DNA from: a virus
Lineage: Duplodnaviria > Caudoviricetes
Reading direction: 5' to 3' (one strand)
IMG/VR virus record: IMGVR_UViG_3300031867_000027
Span: 1 to 64,000 of that record
DNA length: 64,000 nucleotides
Numbering within the stretch: position 1 is the first letter of the stretch; each line of letters opens with the position of its first letter. The position numbers were made by a program, and so were the translations under genes. Of the stretch, positions 37,610 through 47,371 are shown in pieces. Under the pieces are notes generated by a model. It was not told where the DNA came from. It saw only the letters and a list, made by a program, of their open reading frames with translations, and did not search any database.

Positions 37610-39577
37610 TTGGCTGAAAAACTGACTATAGGTAGTCTCTTTTCCGGTATAGGTGGATTTGAGTATGTAGCATCACTATACGGAATAGAGCCTATATGGG
37701 CTTCTGAGATTGAAGATGCTCCTATACGTATCACTAAAAGACACTTCCCCAAGATGAAACATTATGGGGATATTACGAAGATGAATGGTGCAGAGATTGA
37801 ACCTGTTGATATCATTTCCGGGGGGTCACCCTGTACCGATCTATCCGTGGCCGGAAAACAAGAAGGTATAAGCCGTAAATGCTCTGCCTGCGGAATGGTT
37901 CTCCCATTGAACTTTTCAGAAAATCTGTGTCCTAAATGTGGAGCGGAAATAGAGTTTACACGCAGCGGTCTGTTTATGGAGCAGATCAGAATAATAAAAG
38001 AAATGAGGAAAGCTACAAATGAACGGTTTCCAAAAGTTATTATCTGGGAAAATGTTCCCGGAGCTCTCGGATCAAACAACGGAGATGACTTCCAATGTGT
38101 CCTCAGCGAATTCGTTGGATTATTTGGAGAAAAACTACCAACGCTTAGACCTGAGAAGTGGTGTAAAGCAGGGGAGATTGTGGGAGACAACGGTTCCCTC
38201 GCTTGGAGAACTCTCGATGCTCAATATTGGGGAGTACCCCAGCGAAGAAAGAGAATCTACCTTGTCGTCGATCTTACAGGACAACGTGCCGGAGAAATAC
38301 TATTTAAGTCAGAAAGCTTGCGAAGGCATACTCCGCAGGGCGAAATCCCGTGGAAAAGAACTTCCGGAGCGGTTAAGAGTAGCATTGGAACAGCAGATAG
38401 AACAGGCAAAGCAGAATCCGGAGAAGTAGAATCTTGTGTTGTACTTAATGATCAGGGTGGTTCAGTAATGGATGTTACTGAGGGTAAAACCGGAACACTA
38501 AGAGCTGAAACTCACGGTCACGCACCTGTGGTAGTAGATGATGTTGATAGAACAGTATATGGTATATGCTCTCTTGGATCTAACTGTATGAAGTCAGATA
38601 ATCCGGATAGCGGATTCTACGAAGCAGATATAATTAAGACTTTGGATACTTCCGGTGCTAACCCTTCTTGTAATCAGGGTGGCAATGTGATAGTTGAAAC
38701 TCCGGTGTACTGTATGCAAGGGAACTGCATAGACAGAGGCATTAAATCCGGTTGTAACGGTAAAGGTTGGGGTGAAGATGTATGCTTTACGTTGACCACA
38801 GCTGACCGACACGCTGTAGCTTATAGTGTGTCAGAAAATGGATCACAGGAAGTACGTATTACAAAAGAAGTAGCAGCTACACTTACAACAGGGGGTGGAA
38901 AACCCGGTCAGGGTTATCCTTGCGTGTTAGAAGAGAACGAATCTCAATGCGGAGCTTTCCTTGGCAAGCAGAGTGATTCTGCAAGAGGTATCGGTTATTC
39001 TGAAAAGGTGTCTCCTACTTTAGTTGCTGGAGAACCCCCACAAGTTGCTGAGTATGATAAGCATAGTATGGCGTTTTCATATCAGATGGGTCCGGGTGTA
39101 CCATATCTTCCTTGTAGCGATGAACTCTCCCCAACGTTAGTATCGAGTCAACATATAGGTGTGCTCATCGACAATCACGGTCAAGATTGTAGATGGAAAG
39201 AGTGCAAAGATGGCATATGCCCTACATTATCCGCTAATATGGGTATGGGTGGTAATAATCAGCCATTATATGTAGAGCCTACTATCGCTGCAAGTAAAGC
39301 ATCTTTCTTCACAAGAGCATCAGAGAATGATGTAGCGGAATGTTTGGTGGCTACAGATTACAAAGACCCTCAGATTGTACTTAGGCCTAATAGTATTGTT
39401 CGTAGACTTACACCATTGGAGTGTACCAGACTTCAAGGTTTCCCAGACGGTTGGGTAGATGGTGAATCTGATGCAGCTCAAAACAAAGCATTAGGAAACT
39501 CAGTTGCATTACCTTGTGTTGACTATGTGATGAGCGGTGTGGTTGATGTTCTTGATCCGATAGTAGAGGGTGATTAA
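37610..39577 (+). CDS. Large DNA cytosine-C5 methyltransferase with expanded variable region
   Basis: SLFSGIGG, GGSPC, WENVPG, PQRRKRI, RRLTPLECTRLQGFP, LGNSV; repeated TLxA segments. Confidence 0.93.
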   Translation: MAEKLTIGSLFSGIGGFEYVASLYGIEPIWASEIEDAPIRITKRHFPKMKHYGDITKMNGAEIEPVDIISGGSPCTDLSVAGKQEGISRKCSACGMVLPLNFSENLCPKCGAEIEFTRSGLFMEQIRIIKEMRKATNERFPKVIIWENVPGALGSNNGDDFQCVLSEFVGLFGEKLPTLRPEKWCKAGEIVGDNGSLAWRTLDAQYWGVPQRRKRIYLVVDLTGQRAGEILFKSESLRRHTPQGEIPWKRTSGAVKSSIGTADRTGKAESGEVESCVVLNDQGGSVMDVTEGKTGTLRAETHGHAPVVVDDVDRTVYGICSLGSNCMKSDNPDSGFYEADIIKTLDTSGANPSCNQGGNVIVETPVYCMQGNCIDRGIKSGCNGKGWGEDVCFTLTTADRHAVAYSVSENGSQEVRITKEVAATLTTGGGKPGQGYPCVLEENESQCGAFLGKQSDSARGIGYSEKVSPTLVAGEPPQVAEYDKHSMAFSYQMGPGVPYLPCSDELSPTLVSSQHIGVLIDNHGQDCRWKECKDGICPTLSANMGMGGNNQPLYVEPTIAASKASFFTRASENDVAECLVATDYKDPQIVLRPNSIVRRLTPLECTRLQGFPDGWVDGESDAAQNKALGNSVALPCVDYVMSGVVDVLDPIVEGD

Positions 39578-39584
39578 AAATAAG

Positions 39585-39613
39585 GACCGCAGGCTGAAAT
39601 CCAGCTTGCGGTC
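39585..39613. terminator. Bidirectional terminator
   Basis: gaccgcaggctg/cagcttgcggtc between convergent genes. Confidence 0.7.
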
Positions 39614-39618
39614 TATTA

Positions 39619-41367
39619 TTATGTACTGTAGATGGATACATAGTATGTTAAATCGAATCTATGATGCCTCTTACGTATGGAATTCCTTTGATAAGAGAAT
39701 TGTTGTTGTGGAATCATTAGATGTTTAATGGTTTCAGAACAACGATATTCTTTTCCATAGGTCATTGATGATGTTTCCCCATTTTTAAGTATTATATCTA
39801 TATTCATTGAGTTATCATTTACAGAGGAGACTTCTATCTTGTATATAGCCTCCTTGATAAGAGAATCTATACAATCCTTTGATATAAGCTCATCAGCATC
39901 ACTATGTATCTTTAATATGGTATTTCTTATGTTTTTTACAGATTTCAGCTCTTGTTCGATTGTTGTATCTGATGATTCATAGACTTGTAATTGTTCTGTC
40001 AGAACGCTCAGTGCAGAATCAAGTTCGTTGTTTTTGAGGTTGAAGTCAGCTTTCGATATATCATCATCCATATACAGGTCTAATAACCTTGCTTTTCTTT
40101 CGTGAATTCTTTGGATTTGCTGATTCAGTTTAGAGATTTCAGCTTTGTGATCCGGTACAGTCTTTTTGTATAGTTCTATGAATTCATCTATGTATTTGTC
40201 CATATTACCAATTAAATTTTTGAACATATCTGAAAGGATGCCGTACAGTTCCCATTCCATAATGGCAAATGATTTACAAGACTTAGCTCCTGATTTCTTT
40301 TTGGAACTGCATACCCACTGATATGTGGTATTTCCTTTTTGAACACTATTAGAATATGATGTTCTCCAATATGCTGATCCATCTGCGGCACAGTATATTT
40401 TTCCAGTCAGCGGTGATCTGTCTTTGAATGATCTGCCGTGATTTTTTATAGCTTCACTACGTTCTTTGAATATTTTATCACATTTATTCCATAATTCTTC
40501 TGGAACAATAGCCGGAACAGTTTCACCGGATTCATCTTTGTAATAAACCCATTCTTCTTCCGGAAGGAATTTCTGCTGCTTAGTACGATAGTCAACAATT
40601 CTTACCTTATTACCACAATAATATCCCTTATACTTTGGATTCTGCAAGATGCCGCAGATGGTATTAGGTGATATATCCGTACCACTCCGGCTTTTGTATC
40701 CTTTCTCTTTAAGCACATTAGCTATCTTTCGGGTGCTGTAATCTCCGGTAGCATACAAGCTGTATATCAGCCGTATCATTTCAGCTTCTTTTTCTACGAT
40801 GGTGAGCTTACAATCCTCTTTATTGTAGCCATACAACCGATTATTACCCATCACTCTACCGCTTTCGATAGAGCGTTTCTGCCCCCAATGAACACGCTCT
40901 GAGAGCTTTCTGACTTCATCAGCAGCGATACTTGACATTATAGTAAGTCTTAGTTCGCTATCAGTATCAATAGTGCAGATACCATCATTCTGAAAGTACA
41001 CACCGACACCGGAACGAAGTAATTCTCTTGTATAGGTAAGGCTGTCTATTGTGTTTCGTGCAAATCTTGATACTTCTTTTGTAAGTATCAAATCAAACTG
41101 ACCAGCTTTACCGTCAGCAATCATATTTAAGAAGTTTTCTCTATTACTTGCTGATTCTCCACGGATTCGGTCAACATATCCATCAACAAAAGTCCAATTA
41201 GGATTATTCTGAATCATATCAGTGAAAAACTCAATCTGATGTTCAATAGATCCTTCTTGTTCTTCTCTTGTAGTGGATACACGGGCATAAAATGTGACCC
41301 TAAGTTCTATATCGTGGATTGTTTTGTGCTGCATTTTTAGCATATTTGCAACGCTGTATATATCCAT
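39619..41367 (-). CDS. Large serine recombinase (integrase)
   Basis: YARVST, KEVSRFARN, recombinase domain, zinc ribbon, coiled coil; sigmaA promoter at 41417-41389. Confidence 0.92.
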   Translation of the reverse strand: MDIYSVANMLKMQHKTIHDIELRVTFYARVSTTREEQEGSIEHQIEFFTDMIQNNPNWTFVDGYVDRIRGESASNRENFLNMIADGKAGQFDLILTKEVSRFARNTIDSLTYTRELLRSGVGVYFQNDGICTIDTDSELRLTIMSSIAADEVRKLSERVHWGQKRSIESGRVMGNNRLYGYNKEDCKLTIVEKEAEMIRLIYSLYATGDYSTRKIANVLKEKGYKSRSGTDISPNTICGILQNPKYKGYYCGNKVRIVDYRTKQQKFLPEEEWVYYKDESGETVPAIVPEELWNKCDKIFKERSEAIKNHGRSFKDRSPLTGKIYCAADGSAYWRTSYSNSVQKGNTTYQWVCSSKKKSGAKSCKSFAIMEWELYGILSDMFKNLIGNMDKYIDEFIELYKKTVPDHKAEISKLNQQIQRIHERKARLLDLYMDDDISKADFNLKNNELDSALSVLTEQLQVYESSDTTIEQELKSVKNIRNTILKIHSDADELISKDCIDSLIKEAIYKIEVSSVNDNSMNIDIILKNGETSSMTYGKEYRCSETIKHLMIPQQQFSYQRNSIRKRHHRFDLTYYVSIYST

Positions 41368-41479
41368 ATGTATCATCTCCCACATTAAACTATATCATAC
41401 CGTTACCGCATTGTCAATATCTACATAATAATTTTTCTGATTTAGCAATCGTTATAAGTAGTAGAAGAGGTGATGCTAC

Positions 41480-41611
41480 GTGGATAATATCAAATATATT
41501 GTATTCAAATCTTGGGCGAAGGTACTGTTGGATAAGCAGGTTATTACCTTAGAACAATTCAATGCTCTATGCTTAGAGATTGATTCAGCTCAAAGAGTAA
41601 ACCGTGGGTGA
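41480..41611 (+). CDS. 43-aa SHOCT-like protein divergent from integrase (absent from ORF track)
   Basis: GAGGTG RBS, class-A promoter 41446; MDNIKYIVFKSWAKVLLDKQVITLEQFNAL. Confidence 0.55.
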   Translation: MDNIKYIVFKSWAKVLLDKQVITLEQFNALCLEIDSAQRVNRG

Positions 41612-41659
41612 TTAAGCCTACGGTTTTCTTGTTGATAACCTTATATAATAGAAATTATT

Positions 41660-41899
41660 ATGCTTATAAGGGGGTGCTCTGCCTTGGAGCTGAATATACC
41701 TGAGTATGACATCACTGTTGTTCCGGGTAGTGTTATCAGGATCGGAAGATTTGAACACGAAACTTGGATAGTCGAATATGGTTGGTATTCGTGGGGTGGA
41801 AATAGACCTGTATGCGGTTGGTATTTGACTAATTCAATGACCAAATCCGTAAAACCGTTATACTACACAGATTTAGAAGATACCTATGTGGTTGAGTGA
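41660..41899 (+). CDS. Hypothetical protein
   Basis: Follows class-B promoter 41637. Confidence 0.55.
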   Translation: MLIRGCSALELNIPEYDITVVPGSVIRIGRFEHETWIVEYGWYSWGGNRPVCGWYLTNSMTKSVKPLYYTDLEDTYVVE

Positions 41900-41910
41900 G
41901 AGGTGTACGT

Positions 41911-42135
41911 ATGAGCAATGTAACAATCTATCTGCAAAAACATCTAACTTGGGAAGGGTCTGTATCTGTTACACACTATGAGATTATAGTTGACAGTGAG
42001 TCTGACCTTCCAAGTGATGAGTATTATTTTGGTGCAGATCACAAAATCGCTATGGGTAGCATAGCGTGGGTCATAACTGCTTCTGAATTCTATATGTATA
42101 ACTCATCACATCAATGGATTAAACAGAATACTTAA
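41911..42135 (+). CDS. Hypothetical protein
   Basis: GAGGTG RBS. Confidence 0.6.
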   Translation: MSNVTIYLQKHLTWEGSVSVTHYEIIVDSESDLPSDEYYFGADHKIAMGSIAWVITASEFYMYNSSHQWIKQNT

Positions 42136-42152
42136 ATGCAGGAGGGATTTAT

Positions 42153-42428
42153 ATGGTGGTAAATGTATTAGGTGGTACACTTCCGCAGATTGAGATAGAT
42201 CAGTATGTTGAAATGCTTAAAACAAAGTATAGTGGTCGAACAATTCAACAGCTGGATATTACCGTAGATAATGATTTTGTTGACATAAAAACTACCTTAG
42301 CACCTCTGCCGTTTTACCGATTAAGAAGGATCACCGGGTATTTGACCAATACGTTGGATCGGTGGTGCGATGGTAAGAGGGCAGAAGAGAGAGATAGAGT
42401 AAAACACTCAATCGTTGAAATGGAGTGA
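42153..42428 (+). CDS. Stand-alone NrdD C-terminal glycyl-radical-domain protein
   Basis: RLRRITGYL...RWCDGKRAEERDRVKH is the anaerobic RNR C-terminus; only 91 aa. Confidence 0.75.
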   Translation: MVVNVLGGTLPQIEIDQYVEMLKTKYSGRTIQQLDITVDNDFVDIKTTLAPLPFYRLRRITGYLTNTLDRWCDGKRAEERDRVKHSIVEME

Positions 42429-42435
42429 TTATAAT

Positions 42436-44607
42436 ATGCGAACACTATGGAATGAAGGTCGTGTTGTAGGGTTATCCGCATATGAGATATTTGTACGTCA
42501 TATACTCGGTAAGAATCCGGCTGCTGTAGTTCCTTCTGAGCAAGCGTGGTTAGCATCTATGCTGTCAAATGGATCATCTATGCTGTTGCAGGTAGGTGTT
42601 GATAATATAGATGGCAGCCACTACATTGAAATAGATATGCCTGTTACAAGTGAGTTGTGGGCGGCCAATACTATTGTAGGCTCATTCTTCTTAGGCACTG
42701 GAGCAGGCTCAGGAACTACAACAAGTTGGTGTGACCGTGTAACTGATTACGGTCCGTTGATTCAGAATGATTCTGAGCATAGCCCGGAAGGTGGTGTGAT
42801 ACCCCCAACAGATAAAGCAGTAAGCATATCTGATACTGTGAGAGATCAGCTCCGTGAGTATGCCAAAATAATTGATGGTATAGTCATTCAGCCGGGTGAG
42901 TGGACAGAGAACTCAACTAAGCCACCACAGAAGGGTCTTACTCCGGATGCATCTGTACCTCCGGTACTTAGGATTCTTGTCAATGATAGAATAGAAACAC
43001 CATTCTATATATTGTTGACCGGATTCTCCTACAGGGGGATATTGGATGGAGTAATGGATTATACTGCATTCAACCTTAACCCTGAGAATGGTGACTACCT
43101 CGGTCCTGTATCTTTCCCTTGGGCGAATAAGATTATATTCTCAGTGCCATCCGCAGTTATATCTGAATTGAACAATGTAGCTGTTGATGTTGTGGACCTC
43201 GCAAATATGTACTTATATAATACAAAGTATATATGGCCTTTCAAGAATCCTCCGGGAGTTGGTGATTTTACAAAGGCAGATTTGTATGATGTAAAGAGCT
43301 TAACAGGTGTACAAGTATTGTCCGGATACGTTTCAGATGAATTCATTGACACATTCTGTGTAAGCTATAAGGAAGCTATTGATGCTGATGCCGATGGTAA
43401 GATAAGCAGTACAATGCAGATTCAATTAAAGTATATTAGGCAAATAGAACAGCTGTATGGTACAGCTGTAGCTTCTGATTCGACTAAGTGGATGTACTTC
43501 TTCTACTATATTAGGGACTCTCTTGGTGTAAGCAGCCAAGATGGGGCATTCTGGCCGGTAAATATGGAAACACATCAGGTACTATTCACAACATTCTCTG
43601 CACCTCCTGACATAAATACTACAAGAGGATTCAACTTCTCTGGAGAACCGTATACTGATTCCGATGTTACAGTACCTTATACGTCAACAGATATTATGGG
43701 TACATATTGGAATCAGGACCTTAACCCCGGTGGTACTACTGTCAGTCAACATCTTACTGCTCCCGGCGAGTACGTATTTGAGAATCACCCTATTCAGCAT
43801 TTAGCTATCACAGATTATGAACTATTCAATCAGCCCATAGCAGGTGTTCCCAAACCTCCGGCATCATATGGTGATGACTTCATAGCGTGGTTGTCAGCTA
43901 CACCAATATCTAAGGTCTTAGCTTCTACAGAAGCCGCATCAATAGAGATAATGGATTCTATGGGAATACACGAATCTTACAGAGCACTTGATGCTGAATC
44001 CTTCTTACAATACCTTGCAACAGGTAGAGATATGACACAGCCAATAGATGCAGATTATTCAACAGCTACTACGGACCGATACTTTTATATATATGATAAA
44101 AACACCATATTATCTATAAAAGCACAAGCAGCGTGGCCTGCTACTCCTTACCCAGCCTATGCAACAATGAAAGCCAGCTTATCTGTTGCTGACTTCTTTA
44201 AGCCTGCTAAAGTATATATTTATAGATCTTCCGATAATGTGGATATTACTAAGCAGATGACAGATCCCACATTCCATTTGTGGGGAGCAGAAACCAAGGT
44301 AAACAAAGATAGTATAACCGCATTAGCTTTAACGGATGAATTCGGTTGTCTGCTGCCGATGAACGGTGTTCAAGGCACCATTACCGGAGATACCGTTAAT
44401 TGGGATATGTTGATGACAGCTTTATCTCAGAATAAGTCAGTTGATGTGCTTAATGGTGCTAAAGTCAGAACTAACTATGTGCAGCTTGGCAACGGTTTGA
44501 GATTCTATATATCTGCTACCGAACCTACCGATACCGATGTTCCAGAAGGATCAGTAGGCTTAGGTTGGGATGGAGTCAAGATATATACATCCGGTGCTTG
44601 GGTATAA
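42436..44607 (+). CDS. Large putative virion structural/tail protein
   Basis: ~720 aa; GLSAYEI N-terminus and EPTD..EGSVGLGW C-terminus recall tail proteins. Confidence 0.5.
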   Translation: MRTLWNEGRVVGLSAYEIFVRHILGKNPAAVVPSEQAWLASMLSNGSSMLLQVGVDNIDGSHYIEIDMPVTSELWAANTIVGSFFLGTGAGSGTTTSWCDRVTDYGPLIQNDSEHSPEGGVIPPTDKAVSISDTVRDQLREYAKIIDGIVIQPGEWTENSTKPPQKGLTPDASVPPVLRILVNDRIETPFYILLTGFSYRGILDGVMDYTAFNLNPENGDYLGPVSFPWANKIIFSVPSAVISELNNVAVDVVDLANMYLYNTKYIWPFKNPPGVGDFTKADLYDVKSLTGVQVLSGYVSDEFIDTFCVSYKEAIDADADGKISSTMQIQLKYIRQIEQLYGTAVASDSTKWMYFFYYIRDSLGVSSQDGAFWPVNMETHQVLFTTFSAPPDINTTRGFNFSGEPYTDSDVTVPYTSTDIMGTYWNQDLNPGGTTVSQHLTAPGEYVFENHPIQHLAITDYELFNQPIAGVPKPPASYGDDFIAWLSATPISKVLASTEAASIEIMDSMGIHESYRALDAESFLQYLATGRDMTQPIDADYSTATTDRYFYIYDKNTILSIKAQAAWPATPYPAYATMKASLSVADFFKPAKVYIYRSSDNVDITKQMTDPTFHLWGAETKVNKDSITALALTDEFGCLLPMNGVQGTITGDTVNWDMLMTALSQNKSVDVLNGAKVRTNYVQLGNGLRFYISATEPTDTDVPEGSVGLGWDGVKIYTSGAWV

Positions 44608-44620
44608 TTGAGGTGGTGTG

Positions 44621-45145
44621 ATGAAAAGATATATTCGTAGAAGCATTGCGGCTTCCTTGAAGCAGTTAGATGATGGTGGTATACTCCTTACAGATTATGT
44701 CGGGGATGTAGTCAATCTGCTCATAAATAAGCCTAAGCCTTACAGATTGTGCTATCTTGAATATGATGATGTGTGGCTGATAGCAGATGCTATGACATAT
44801 CTTCACGAGGAAATGATAGAAAAATCCGTAGATGAAGGGTGGCTTCCTAAGACATTAGAGTTTATGAGAAAGTATAATGAGGACATCTCGGATATAGATG
44901 CTAATAGGTCTGTGAATTTGATTTTTCTGACCGATGAGTGTATGACACAATTCGGTAGCTATACAGATCCTTATGCTACAGCCGAGTTTGGGTATGAATA
45001 TCCGATAACTACAGGTTCATTATTCACAAAATCCAATCTATCAAGTAATTATTTGAAACGATCCGCCCCTGAACTATACAACAAGCTTAAAAAATATGCT
45101 ATATCCGAGAATAGGATAATAGATGATGATACGGCGTGGGATTGA
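44621..45145 (+). CDS. MKRYI-leader protein
   Basis: MKRYIRRSIAAS. Confidence 0.7.
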   Translation: MKRYIRRSIAASLKQLDDGGILLTDYVGDVVNLLINKPKPYRLCYLEYDDVWLIADAMTYLHEEMIEKSVDEGWLPKTLEFMRKYNEDISDIDANRSVNLIFLTDECMTQFGSYTDPYATAEFGYEYPITTGSLFTKSNLSSNYLKRSAPELYNKLKKYAISENRIIDDDTAWD

Positions 45146-45156
45146 GGTAGAAGCAT

Positions 45157-45555
45157 ATGAAACGATACATTATATCAGCACAGCAACAACCTACCGGAAG
45201 TGCTCTTGTCAATAAGATAGGTATGTATTTATACAAACATTTGGATGGTGCATTCAAATATACAAAGGATCGCAACACCTTTGATGTGTATGTTACACTT
45301 CTGTATGAGCTCAAAGAGGAATATGGTGGAACTAAGAACGATGTGCAGGAGATGACTATAAACATTAGTATTACTACCTATCAGAATAAGATAAGGGTCA
45401 ACACTATTGAAGTCACTCCAAAAGCTCGTACTTTGGGATTTGATTTATTCCCCATAGACAAGATGTATGATATGCAGTTGGCGATGGATATAATAAAATG
45501 GAAAGTGAGCAAGCGCATTCAGAAAGCTTATGAACATTATATTATCCTATTCTAA
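45157..45555 (+). CDS. MKRYI-leader protein
   Basis: MKRYIISAQ. Confidence 0.7.
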   Translation: MKRYIISAQQQPTGSALVNKIGMYLYKHLDGAFKYTKDRNTFDVYVTLLYELKEEYGGTKNDVQEMTINISITTYQNKIRVNTIEVTPKARTLGFDLFPIDKMYDMQLAMDIIKWKVSKRIQKAYEHYIILF

Positions 45556-45611
45556 ATGATAAATAGCCATATCCAATCGTTATTATAGGTAGGATATGGC
45601 TATATTTTTCA

Positions 45612-45651
45612 GTTGCAACTTTGTTGCAAGTTTGTTGCAAGTTTGTTGCAA
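45612..45651. repeat. 4 x 11-bp tandem repeat GTTGCAA(C/G)TTT
   Basis: gttgcaactttgttgcaagtttgttgcaagtttgttgcaa. Confidence 0.85.
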
Positions 45652-45684
45652 TATATGATTATATTATATAAAGGAGCGCACTAT

Positions 45685-46095
45685 ATGACTGTCGATTTTA
45701 TATTCCCGGATAACTTAAATCTTGAAGATGAAAGCCTTAAGGATATGGTGTCAGATGTCAATGCCTTTGTTGCAGAACTACCTGATGATGCTACGCTATT
45801 ACACCTCAGATTGCCGGATGATATTATGTTTAATGACGCTACAAATAATAGAATCCGTTGGTATATGAAGGGTATCAGAGAGTTTTTATCTGTAGCAAGA
45901 CCTAACATTGTCACACTATGTAATCAATTTGATATGACTGCGGATAGTGAAAACTTCATATCGGCTGACTTTGATGTACCTGATGAATTATCTAAAGATA
46001 CTCTATTATCCCTATGCTATGAGTTACTATCCATAGTAGATGAATCCGATACTATGATTGATACCTCTGTTTCAGAGATAATTTTACCGGACTAA
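45685..46095 (+). CDS. Acidic hypothetical protein
   Basis: AAGGAG RBS before ATG 45685. Confidence 0.65.
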   Translation: MTVDFIFPDNLNLEDESLKDMVSDVNAFVAELPDDATLLHLRLPDDIMFNDATNNRIRWYMKGIREFLSVARPNIVTLCNQFDMTADSENFISADFDVPDELSKDTLLSLCYELLSIVDESDTMIDTSVSEIILPD

Positions 46096-46152
46096 AGCGT
46101 GGAATCAACCTTATATATATCCGACAGTACAGTAGGTAGGTGAACAGTTCTT

Positions 46153-46758
46153 ATGATTAAGATGCAGGATTATATTGAAGCTATGCAGTTTATGGGTTTT
46201 AAGGCTATAGCTAAAAAGCACTATTCCGCAAGCGTATCAACCGATGTTGGTGTATGTAGAATCGTGTCAAGCTATAGCAAGAACAGCATCCGATTAATGG
46301 TATGTGGCTCAAAGGGTGCATATGTGCGAAATACTGATAATGTAGCTGATGCAATAGGCATAATTGAATCTTGCTATAATAGATATATGTACTCAATCAT
46401 TGAGAATGTGACCTTAACAGCATTGTCAGATCGCAAAGCTGTATTAGCTGCCATTAATACCAAGAACTTAGCAAAGAATCTTGTCCGCTGTAAATCGTCT
46501 AATGTATGGGCTTATGGTATGAATATCAAGGACAGAAAAGACAAGACCGGGGATATGATTATGCAGTTCAAAGATAAGAACGGTGGTCCTTCTGATTTGT
46601 ACATCTATTTCGATGTGCCTGTGACTTTATATCGTAGGCTGCAATCAGCTCCATCCGTAGGTCACTTCTTCTGGCAGTACATAAGAAACGTTTATTCTTA
46701 TAGTAAACTAACTGGAAATAAGAGAGGTGTGTTACCTAATGCCATCAATAACTGGTAA
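46153..46758 (+). CDS. KTSC-domain protein
   Basis: KSSNV...QFK...YIYFDVP..Y..L..APSVG.FF...IRN. Confidence 0.7.
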   Translation: MIKMQDYIEAMQFMGFKAIAKKHYSASVSTDVGVCRIVSSYSKNSIRLMVCGSKGAYVRNTDNVADAIGIIESCYNRYMYSIIENVTLTALSDRKAVLAAINTKNLAKNLVRCKSSNVWAYGMNIKDRKDKTGDMIMQFKDKNGGPSDLYIYFDVPVTLYRRLQSAPSVGHFFWQYIRNVYSYSKLTGNKRGVLPNAINNW

Positions 46759-47359
46759 TGACGTATGGAAACCCGTAGTTGGTTATGAGGGACTATATGA
46801 AGTGTCTAATACAGGGACAGTTCGTGCATTAGAACGTACCGTCATGGGTAGAAATCAAGTAAGCACATTTAATAGAGTTTATCCTGCAAGAATATTGTCA
46901 TTTCATTATTTACCACGGAACTACATTCAGGTATTTCTTGCTAAGAATGGGAAAACAAAGGGATATTTAGTTCATAGATTAGTAGCCGAAACATTCATAC
47001 CTAATCCTGAGAATAAACCAGAAGTCAATCATAAGGATAGAAACCCAGCTAATAATAATGTAGAAAATTTAGAGTGGGTGTCTAAACAAGAAAATATGGA
47101 TCACGCAATAGCTACAGGTTGGAATCCAAAACTAAGTAGATTAGGCGCGAAAAGTACAGAATTGCACAAATTACGGCAGAGTTTGGCTTTAACAAATAGA
47201 AAAGATATATCCATACCGTGTAGGTGTATTGAAACCGGACAGGAATATCCATCTATAAGCGAAGCCGTGAGGCAGACAAAATTAGGTTGGACTTCAATTA
47301 AACGATCTATTGATGAGCATAAATCAATATTCGGTAAATACACTTTTGAGTATGTGTAG
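46727..47359 (+). CDS. NUMOD4-HNH homing endonuclease
   Basis: WKPVVGYEGLYEVSNTG, VHRLVA, VNHKD..NN...NLEW. Confidence 0.9.
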   Translation: MCYLMPSITGNDVWKPVVGYEGLYEVSNTGTVRALERTVMGRNQVSTFNRVYPARILSFHYLPRNYIQVFLAKNGKTKGYLVHRLVAETFIPNPENKPEVNHKDRNPANNNVENLEWVSKQENMDHAIATGWNPKLSRLGAKSTELHKLRQSLALTNRKDISIPCRCIETGQEYPSISEAVRQTKLGWTSIKRSIDEHKSIFGKYTFEYV

Positions 47360-47371
47360 GAGTGATTAATT

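Noticed and set aside
39577-41480. Prophage boundary or att site at the integrase
   Set aside because: Phage-type genes and the same promoter motifs continue on both sides; no att core could be supported.
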